From the NCBI RefSeq assembly GCF_009914755.1, contig NC_060931.1: 64,000 nt of DNA; one strand, given 5' to 3'. The notes beneath the pieces were generated by a model. That model was not told the origin of the DNA, made no database searches, and was given only the letters and a program-made list of their open reading frames with translations. Source of the stretch: the human T2T-CHM13v2.0 reference genome, Homo sapiens. The position numbers and the translations under genes are program-made. Of this stretch, positions 53,956-64,000 are shown piece by piece (the first letter of the stretch is position 1; each line of letters begins with the position of its first letter).

Positions 53956-54020
53956 GCACAAGCCGATGTTGTCCACAACCTGCACAAGCCGATGTTGTCC
54001 ACAACCTGCACAAGCCGATG
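53956..54020. repeat. Perfect 26-bp tandem repeat, 2.5 copies
   Basis: Unit gcacaagccgatgttgtccacaacct. Confidence 0.95.
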
Positions 54021-54159
54021 GCCCCTCCAGCACCCAGCTTTGGGGACAGTTTCAAGGGACTCCCATTCACAAAGGAGGCAACCTATTGCTCATCTGTACA
54101 CTGGTACTGCCCAGAGTCCGGGTACCTTCCCAAAGCCCCCAGACTCCCTGAGCCAGTGG

Positions 54160-54470
54160 AGGTGGCTTCTGAGCACTTATATTTGCTAGGCACTGTGTTT
54201 GAGCACTTTGCACAATTATACCATTTAATTTTTATGAGACCATGACGAGATATTTGCTATGGTCATCCCATTTTGTGGTTGAGAAAACTGAGGCTATGGG
54301 TGGTCCCATGGATGGTCAGACCAACAAATCTCATCCTCCACTTCAGCAGTTCTTAACCCTGGCTGAACATTCAAGTTGCTTGAGAGATTTTTTTTAGATA
54401 CCTGTGCCTGAGTTCCCCCAGAGTCTTGGAACCTTGATCTTGGTGGGGCTAGGGGAAGCAAAGGTGATTG
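54160..54470. mobile_element. MIR (minus, ~54160-54295) followed by a MER5-type fragment (~54345-54470)
   Basis: 'cccattttgtggttgagaaaactgaggct'; 'cagcagttcttaaccctggctgaacatt'. Confidence 0.55.
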
Positions 54471-56048
54471 AGCTTCTGCTGTGTGGTCTGGAGTGGGAAG
54501 CCTTGGCTCCTAGAGTGCATTTCCTCCTCAGGGCTGGGTATTCTTGCTTGTTACATGTCCCCTGGGCTCTGGCCACGGTCAATGACAAAGCCCCAGGGGA
54601 GGGTCAGCCCCTTTTGCTGCCTTTTTCTTCAGAGAGCACAGTGATATCGAGGCTGAAGAAAGTCAGCTAGAGGGAAATGCAAACACTCAGTGGGAGAAAG
54701 ATATGCACTTTTTTTCTCAATCAGTTTTCATGACCATTGCAAATACAGTTCTGTTTGCTTCAGAAATTTCCTTTCTTCCCATATTTTACCCAGTCATTGA
54801 CTCTCAAATCCAAGTGCACCCTTCATCCTACCATCAGGGTTAATCTATTCAGGACTTGGCTTACTGTTTCATAAAACAAAACGTGTCTACTTTTCCATTA
54901 AATATTAATATCAGCATAATCGAACTCAACCATCACAGTGTTTAGTCATCTCACTTTTGATCCTTAAATCCCGTTTTGGTTCTTAGATGATGTCAATAAG
55001 ATGAAATATAAAAGATACATTGCTGAGGTTCTAGTGTCACAAGAAAATGACATTCTGGTATGATTTCACCTTGCGATTTTCCCATGTTTACTCATGACAT
55101 AGACAAGTAGATCTGAGTACAGATTTTTAGACAAAATGCCATCATTGGAAAGTATGTGAATCCATCCTTACAGCCTATAGCTGATGACAAAAGGGCTGTG
55201 GGCTCTTGCTGACTGTTGGAAGCTGGTGGTCACATATGCACCTCGACCCTGGGGAGTCTTCCCCAGGGTATTAGTAGTACAGGAGTTGGGAAATCCTGCA
55301 GTTTTCACAGTAGAGTATGTGATGAACAACAAAAAAGAGAGAATAAGAAGAATCATTCTGTGGTAAAGGGTGAAAAGACCTGAACATGGTCTCTGAAAAA
55401 CCACGTGGCTTGATCTATGAGAAGCTTGTCCGGCAGTTTTAACGGTAACGATAGTCTCAACCTATTCTTGGATGTGGTTTTTGCCTCACATAACAAGATG
55501 CCAGGTTTATTCAGGTGCCACTCATGTTCTAGAAAGACACTTGCATTTTCAGAGGTCAAAACAGAATGACCGGATTGTAACTGAAAGCTTTGGACAGCAA
55601 GTAAACCACAACCCAAAGGTCTTACTAACAAATGTTCTCAAACTCCAGCTGCCCAGACAACCTGCCAGCCTGACCTGGGAAGCTCACAGGGAAGCTGAAG
55701 CGTCTGTGATGCACAGGGTGAGATTTTGGGATGATAAGGAATGTTGAAATATTATAATTGATGAGATTTGGATGACAGGCTCTCTTGCTGCTTCCAGATT
55801 GTTTCTGTGAATAATACAATGCTTCCAGCTCCTTCAAAACCAAACTGCCTCTCTTGTGGTTAACAAGGGTGGGATGAGGGAAAAGAGAACGTAGCAACTG
55901 AATGACAAATTGATGCCAGATTTTAGACTTGATAAAATTCACCTGTCAAGGGAAAAGGAGGAAGAAGGGAAAAATGGAGAGAAGACTTTTTGAGGTAAAT
56001 CACTATGGATTTGCTATTCATTCTGTAAATAGATGCCAACTTTTAACA

Positions 56049-56168
56049 GCCTTCCTTCCTTCCTTTCCGCACTCTCCTCCCTTCCCCCCACATCCCCCCA
56101 CTTCACCTCTTTCACCCCAATGCTTCCTTCCCCCTTCCCCTCCCTGCCTCCCCTCCGCTTCCCCTTCA
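56049..56168. repeat. Polypyrimidine (C/T-rich) low-complexity tract
   Basis: Directly visible. Confidence 0.85.
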
Positions 56169-58985
56169 CGACACATTCATTGAGTGCCAAGTATGTTGGG
56201 GGCTCCATACAAGATCTTGAGGGTAAAGTGTTAAAAAAATTAGACAGACATAGTGCCTGTCTCATGTCACTCATATTGGAGAGATGGAGATAGAGCAAAA
56301 CCAAGATTTAGGGGACCTGAGTTTTATTTGTACGTGTGTCACTATACAAGTGAATGTTTGATTTTAGCCGAGATCCCTAATCAACTGGGACTTAGTTTAA
56401 AATTTGCTATGAAAAAATAAGAATAAAGAGTTCCCGATCTCTTGTAGGGGGTCATTGCTGCAAGGCATGAAGTGACTTGAAGCACTATAAGCTAGGATAA
56501 TTATCTGCAGGTGTAACCTGCTTTGCCAAGATTTGCTTACCTCCTGTGAGTCATGTAGGGTGGGTGGGGAGCGTGGGAGTGAAATGGAGAGCCAGCCTCT
56601 ACAGAGATCAATTGAACTCCAAGGTTGGAGGAGGGGAGATATGCAATGTAACTGGTACAGTACCTTTTTTACATGTACCTGTGGTGCTTGATTGTGGTTT
56701 TACATGAAACTGCCTGATTGAAATGTGTGAAAGGTATGAGCAGCCCTGCCTTTTAGTGTGGAGAAAGGAATTAGCTTTTGGGCTCATTATCCCCTTGAGC
56801 AGAACTTTTAGTGACAAATCTAAAAGAAGGTCCCATCCAGATGGCAGTAAGATTGCACAGATATTCTGTGTCTCAGGCTCCAAGTGTCAATCACTAGGCT
56901 TAGAGGCCTTGCGATTATTTCCACTCAAACAGTGTTTGCCAAAATGACGTGCTGGTTCAACTGGGCATGAAGTGATAAGCATGAAAAAATGGTTTTATTT
57001 TGATGACTATATACATTAGGAAAGGAGTATCTTGCACATTAACCCCAAGAAATCAATGCTATTAAGTAGGACAGATCTAGGTAAAAGTGAGTGTACTCAA
57101 AGAAAAACAGCACATGATTTATGTCACATGGAGATATCACTTAGGATGCTTGCCACAAGTCACCAAAAATCCATTTGAAACTGGCTTATTTTATACAATT
57201 TTGTAGCTTATGAAACTGAAAATCCAGGAACAGCAGAGGCCGCAGCCACGGGCTGATCTGGAGGCAGTGTGTTCATCAAAGAGGCACCTTTGTCTTGGAG
57301 GTTTGCTCAGCCCTGCCTTCCTTGGGCCCCAACCTCTCCACAGATGATTCCCTCCTGGGAGCAGGATGGCTTCCAGGGCTCTGAGGGCCACGGCTTCCGC
57401 AGCCTCATCCAGAACTTCCCCCAAATAGAAAACAAAGTCTCTTCTCCTCCAACCCTTCTGACTGGATACTTACAATATGCGATGCATCTGTTGGCTTACG
57501 CCTGTGTTTCCAACACTTCTCTAACCTGTGTCTAGGATGATGGCATCACACTCAGGAACGAATCCCCCTGGCCACCCTGGAGTTGAGGGTGGGACCAAGG
57601 TGGCCAACATTGCCCAGCTGAGAATTGCAGGATCGTGTAAAGCAAGAGGAATGGAGATGGGATGCTGCGGAGAAATCAGCATGTCCACCACAATGGATCC
57701 GGAAAATCTGTGAGGTTCTGTCTTGAATGACTCAAGTTTGTGAAATATTTCATGGAAACATGCCCCCACCCCTTCCAAGTCTAGACCTAGGCTGTTCTAA
57801 CTTTCAGCGTTCTTGTAGAGATGGCTGGCAGTGTGCTACTTGCTATTGCAATTTTGTTGCTCCGTGCTTGTTGTTGTGTTTTGTTTCTAAGAAATGGGGG
57901 TTTGCTTGGACCAGAGGCCTTGTGTGTTCTTTGTCACATGGTGGATCTGGGCCAGCCTGGGCTGCCAGAGTATTCCCTGGGCTGGGCTCCTTGTTGGCAT
58001 CTTACATGTGGCTACCTGGATCTCACCTGGACTCCAAAGCACGGGGTGCCAGGCAACCCTCGGTGCTGGCGACTGAGCTGAGGCCCCCAGCATGGCATAG
58101 AGCCATTCTGGTGAGGAACATTGGATCCTGTGTCTAAATCTCTACCTCCAGCCTTTAGCAAATCTCCTTCAACATTACAGCCCAGGCTAGGTAGTGCTCG
58201 GAGAATTAGGAAGGCTTTTTTTCCACCTCCACCTCTAAGCCCAGGGAAGAGCAGATTCCACTTCTTGGGCGCAGACTAGGAAGCTTTCGTGCAGTAGGAC
58301 AGCTGTGTTGGAGGCTCCACTGCCTCATAAATGGTCTTTGACAACAGAGCAGCAAAGACGTGGCTTCTGCAGGGGAGCACACGAGTGCCTGTTTGGTTAA
58401 GCTTCTCCCTTAAGATGGAGGAGCTCTTCCTTGTCTGTGTGTTCTCTTTCCACTGGCCACGCCCATCCCCTATGAATGTAATTCAGTGAGAATAGGCCCC
58501 TCTTCATCTTACTCACTGACGAATCCACAGTGCCTAGAATCGTGTGTGCATAATATTCTTTGAATAAATGAATAGCAAATACAGAAGGGAGATAGCAAGA
58601 AATGATCCATTTCTGTATTAATTCGAAATGGGAATATCTCAGAAATAAAAGTGTGATGCCCCCATCTCATAATTTGAATATAAAAATGAAAGGTATAACT
58701 TCTTTTCTGTAGTCACAGGTGTTTCTACAGAAAGACATGAGGGTTAGACATAGGGGTTAGATCTATTTGTGACATAAGGGTTAGATCTTTTGAAGCACAA
58801 ACATCATGGTAATAGAATGGGGCGTAACACTGAATTTTTAAGATAAAACTTCAAAGAAATTTTAAGCTGTGTCAACCCATGTTGAGTTTGATTTCAGATG
58901 ATTTCGTATCCTGGGGCTACCCATCCAGTTTCTACTTTTTGTGTGGTTTTTATTACTATCAAGATTATACATGCATGTGGTTTGA

Positions 58986-59504
58986 TCTCGTTTAGAAAAA
59001 AAAAGTGCAGCTCACTGCCAGCACTCATTTAATCTTACATAAACACACTCTTTGAGGTTGAAGCAAATCTGACTGATTTTCAATGTGAAAGTAAAATATA
59101 AAAATTGTTCTTGGAGTTATTTCTAAACAGAACTAACATCAGAATCGTTTGAATCATCAGAATCATCTATTTTGGAAAAATCAGATTCATCAAATGAATG
59201 AATCTTTGGCCAACGATTGTTTGAGAATGGTCTTAACATCATGCATAGGAATGCTACGTTTTCCAGGATTTGACATTTTCAGTGATCAAGAATTACTATA
59301 TTTTGTAAATGGAAATACCCACTAAATACAGAATGCTATAAATAGGGTGATGTCTTTTGTTTCCAAAACTTTTGTTTCCAAAGTCGATATGCTAGAGTGA
59401 TGTGAAATAATAATAAAAGCGAGATATTTTGTGACAAAGTTATTTTGGGGTCAATGCTGCAGCCGTAAGTTGCATGAGAATTCTCTGGGCAAATAGAAAA
59501 AGGA
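58986..59504 (-). mobile_element. MER75 piggyBac-derived MITE
   Basis: 'gtttagaaaaaaaaagtgcagctcactgccagcactcatttaat...ggcaaatagaaaaagga' followed by TTAA at 59505-59508. Confidence 0.88.
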
Positions 59505-59547
59505 TTAAACGGTAAGATATTCATAAGGTCTGCAAGGCTTACTATAA

Positions 59548-59948
<401 letters not shown>

Positions 59949-60313
59949 TCCAATTCTTTTGATATTTGCATCCACATCTATAAATAACAGGCATGTATTG
60001 CTACTAATGACTTTTCAGTTTTAGGTGTTACCTATTAACTTCCCAAAACAAAAGATGAGGATTTAGTCTCACTCTGGCCTCTACGTAGGTGCATAATTCC
60101 TATGTCACTATCTACCCAACAGTTACACCATAATTTTGGTTGAATAAACATTTAGTGCTCCCATTATTATGATTTTATAAATATTATGGACGATTGAGCT
60201 ATGTAGTATACCATAATTTTCTATTCCTTCAAAGTCTTGTTTTCCTGGAGTTAATAATTTTCCTGTCCTGTTTGCCTTTAGTTTGCTCCAATATGGATTT
60301 GTTGATGGCTAGA

Positions 60314-60614
60314 TTTTTTTTTTTTTTTGAGACAGTGTCTTGCTCTGTTGCCCAGGCTGGAGTGCAGTGGCACAGTTATGGCTCACTCCAGCCTCAAACT
60401 ACTAAGCAAAACTGATTCTCCTGTCTCAGCCTCCCAAGTAGCTGGGATTACAGGCACATGCCACCAAGCCTGGCTATTTTTTTTTTTTTTTTTTTTTGTA
60501 GAGATGGGGTGGCTACATGGCCCAGGCTGGTCTCAAATCCCTGGCCTCAGGTGATCCTCCCACCTCAGCCTCCCCAAAGTGTTGGAATTATAGGCATGAG
60601 CTACTATGCCTGGC
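60314..60614 (-). mobile_element. AluJ
   Basis: TSD tggctagattttt starting at 60306 and 60615. Confidence 0.88.
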
Positions 60615-60729
60615 TGGCTAGATTTTTTACACAGATTCTATCTTGGGATTTTTCTTTTTCATTATTCTAAGTATTTTCATTCCTACTCCCTTCCCTGTCC
60701 CTCCTGCCTGCTTCTTTCCTGGTTTAACC

Positions 60730-60933
60730 CAAAGGTCAGAATACTGTGGCCCCATATCTGTCTTTGAAAATAAAATTTTATTGGGGCACCACCATGCCCA
60801 TTTATTTGTGTGTTGTCTGTGGATGCTTTCAGTCCACAGTGGTAAAGCTGAATCACTGAGACAGAGGCAGTACAGCCACAAAGCCTAACATATTCACCAT
60901 CTGGTTATTAATGGAAAAATTTTGCCAGATCCT
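60730..60933 (+). mobile_element. MER58A hAT-Charlie MITE
   Basis: 'aaataaaattttattggggcac...acaaagcctaacatattcaccatctgg...aaaaattttgccagatcctg'. Confidence 0.8.
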
Positions 60934-61446
60934 GATTTACTCTATCATTTTGTCAAGCACATCCTCCCAGTTTTCTAGAAAGGCTACAGAGAAAAATATA
61001 TAGATTTTTTTAAGACATTTTAAACATTTTTAGACATTTAGACTTTTTTAAAAAGCCTAAACTGTTTTTTGTATTTTCACCCATAATTGCCAGTTTGGCT
61101 GGATAGAGATTTCTAGGTTGAAAAATAGTTTCTCTCAGAAACTTTGAATACATATTTTATTGAAGCATTTATAATAAAGTACACTGTAGTAAAAGTAAGT
61201 GTAGAACTTGATTTTCCAAACATTCACGCTTGTGTGGCCACGGCCCAAATCAAGATCTAGAACAGTACCAGGACCTCAGAAACCACCCTACCACCCCCTC
61301 AAGCCATTACCCTCCCCTTAACCATTGCCTTTATTCTATGTTGCTATAATTCAGTTTCACCTAATATACATTTTTATTAATGAAATCATGTAATACATAA
61401 TTCTTTGTGTCTATCTTCATTCTCTCAATGAAATATTAGTCATATT

Positions 61447-61781
61447 TCTCTTAGTTCATTTGGCCTGCTATACCAAATACCTTAGGCTGGATAATTTATA
61501 AACAAACAAAATGTATTGCTCACAGTTCTGAAGGCTGAGGAGTCCAAGATCAGGTGCCAGCAGATTCAGTGTCTGGTGAGGGCTTGCTTTCTGCTACAAA
61601 GTTTGTTCCTTCTTGCTATATACTCACATGGCAGGAGGGGAAAACACGTCCCCCCAGGCTTTTTTTTTTTTTAATCAGGGCATTGATCCCATTCATGAAG
61701 CCTCCACCTCTTAATACTACCACATTATGAATTAGCTTTCAATTTTTGAATTCGGTGGGGGGACACATTCAAACCACAGCA
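61447..61781 (-). mobile_element. MLT1A-like solo LTR
   Basis: 'ctcacagttctgaaggctgaggagtccaagatcagg...cacattcaaaccacagca'; TSD atatt at 61442-61446 and 61782-61786. Confidence 0.8.
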
Positions 61782-62745
61782 ATATTCATCCATGGTGTTT
61801 TGTTGTATTTATTCTTTTCTGTGCTATACATTTCATTGCTTAAATATACCAAACTGTATTTATCCATTCTATTTTTGATGGACATTTGGGTTGTTTCCAA
61901 TTTTGAGCTACCATAAACAGTGCTGTTATGGGCATTCTTGTACATGTCTTTTAGTGAATTTGGGGGCATTTTTATTAGGTATAGAACTAACAGAGGAATT
62001 TCTGAGTGATAAGGTTGTACTTTTACAGCTTTAATAGATGCTGCCAAATGGTTTTCTGAGCTGATTTTTTTCAATTTATATTTCCATCAGCAATTTATGA
62101 CAGTTCCAATTGATCTACATTCTTCCAACACTAGATATTGTCCCAGTTTAAAAAATTTTACTTATTCTGATGGTTGTATTTTGTATCTCACCATTGTATT
62201 TTGTGTTTTCCTGCTAATAAATAATGTCCAGGTCCTTAGCCCAGCTGGCTAGGTCTTTTACACAGATTCCATCTTGGGATTTTCCATGGTAGTGATCATT
62301 TGGATCCTCTTTTGTGAAGGATCTAGACAAATCTTTTACCTGTTTTGATTAGGTTATGTATCTTTTTTGTCAACTTTGGTGGATTGCAATGATGTATGTG
62401 TTGTAAATTGGATGACCATTTATGTGTGGATCAGTTTCTGAACTCTACCTTTTCCATTGGTACAGTTTTCTATCTGTGCATTAATATCACAATGCTGTAA
62501 TTAAGGTAGCTCTGGAAAAGTCTTGTGATCCAGTGGTGTCAATGCTCCAGCTTTAATGTGTTTCTTCCAGGTTGTCTTTGCTTTTTCTAGTCAATTGCAT
62601 TCCCACCTGAATTTTGGAATCTTATCAATTTCCTTGGAAAAGTGTACTAGGATACCAACCGAGATTTCATTGAACATATAGATTGATTTGAGGATAATCA
62701 AATCAAATGGTTTGATGTTCATTTAGTCTTTCAGTCCTCAAAGGT

Positions 62746-63421
62746 AGAATTGATCCTTATTATGAATTCTGTATTTCTGAATTCACCTACTTGCTAAAAT
62801 TTATTTGTGTAACCTCAGAATCAATACTTGTGGCACTTTTGTGGTACCTGTGAACACACATAGTTGTGAAGAATGTATGTTGCCTGACAGGCATGTTCCT
62901 GGCTGAGGAAGAACAAGGCCACACCCTGCCTTCTTGTTCCAGCTCTCATATTCGCAGTAAACAAATGTCCTTTTTCATAGTTTGTTCTTTTTTCATTTTT
63001 GTGGTTTTTAATGATAATTTTTCTGTTTAAAATGGCCTCCAAGTGTAGTGCTGAGGTGATGTTTAGAATTTCTAAGTGTAAGAAGGCTGTAAGAATTTCT
63101 AAGTATAAGAAGGCTGTGTTTCTCCATCTGCATTATGAAGAAAAGACCTGTCAGTTAAGTTCCATTCAGGCACAAGTTATACTGCCACTGGCTCTGCGTT
63201 CAATATAAACTGGATTAATGAAATAGATTAAATACTGTGTCTTTAAACAGAAGCACAAGTGAAACAAGGTTATATATTGACCAGTTGACAAATATGCTGT
63301 GACCAGAGGCTCACAGGAACCTAACACTCTTATTTCTCCTAGGAGCGATGGTCATTATTTGCTAATTCAGTGTTAGTGGTGACTTTACAGAATAACTACT
63401 GTGAATAATAAGAATTGATTG
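62746..63421 (+). mobile_element. MER82 (TcMar-Tigger) element
   Basis: 'tgaattcacctacttgctaaaatttatttg'; inverted termini 'aattgatccttatt'/'aataagaattgattg'; TA flanks. Confidence 0.8.
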
Positions 63422-63812
63422 TATTTCCCTCTAAATTTGGGTCCTTAGTTCCTCTTAGTAATCTTTGGTCTTTTTCTGTGTAGAGGTTTGCACACGTTTT
63501 ATTAGATTTATTCCTAGGTGGCTGATTTTTTTATACTATTAAAATTTTACTTTCTGTTTGTTTATTGCTAGAATATAGAAAAACCACTTATTTTGTATAT
63601 TGGTACTATATCCAATGACTTTAATAAATTTATGGATTAATTCTAATAGTTTGTGAATTATTTTGGATTATTCCCATATATCATTACATCATTTGTGAAT
63701 AATTGCAGTTTAACTTCTTTTCTTCCAGTTCACTTACCTTTTTCTTTTCTTTGCCTTGATCACACTGGCTAGAGCCTCTTGTAAAATACCAAAGGTAAGT
63801 GAGGATAGTGGC

Positions 63813-64000
<188 letters not shown>

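Larger units (their letters stand above)
61155..63810 (-). mobile_element. Ancient L1ME-like element split by the MLT1A-like LTR and MER82
   Basis: 'gatggacatttgggttgtttccaatttt', 'ttagatttattcctagg'. Confidence 0.65.

Noticed and set aside
53956-54020. CRISPR-like repeat array
   Set aside because: Head-to-tail tandem with no spacers, in eukaryotic DNA with no cas genes.
52486-58137. Many overlapping 60-157 aa ORFs in the unique block as exons or a pseudogene
   Set aside because: No recognisable homology, consistent frame or splice structure. A short real exon or lncRNA cannot be excluded without transcript data.

Overview
This is primate (very probably human or great-ape) non-coding DNA dominated by transposable elements; I see no host protein-coding exon or RNA gene. 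The long ORFs are LINE-1 ORF1/ORF2 pieces and the rest look like chance ORFs. The block from 7.5 to 48 kb is a deeply nested L1 stack. It holds a full-length L1PA10-like element (carrying a 5'-inverted L1PA3-like insert), a near-full-length L1PA6-like element, and an L1PA16-like element hosting a full-length L1PA2-like copy with intact ORF1 and broken ORF2. It also holds L1PA13-like and old L1M copies, Alus, MaLR/ERV LTRs and DNA-transposon MITEs. The region from 48 to 59 kb is mostly unique or ancient sequence. I found no evidence for a new gene system. The most unusual signals are mechanistic. (i) Three separate ~45-55 bp segments appear copied from donors 1.6-3.4 kb away, two with patchwork or fold-back junctions, like templated repair insertions. 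(ii) Two independent young L1s are inserted at the same homologous nucleotide of ORF2 in two older L1s. (iii) There are two twin-priming 5' inversions. (iv) An ancient LTR is CpG-rich and abuts a perfect TATA box. Subfamily names come from remembered consensus diagnostics, not a RepeatMasker run, and boundaries without TSDs are approximate.
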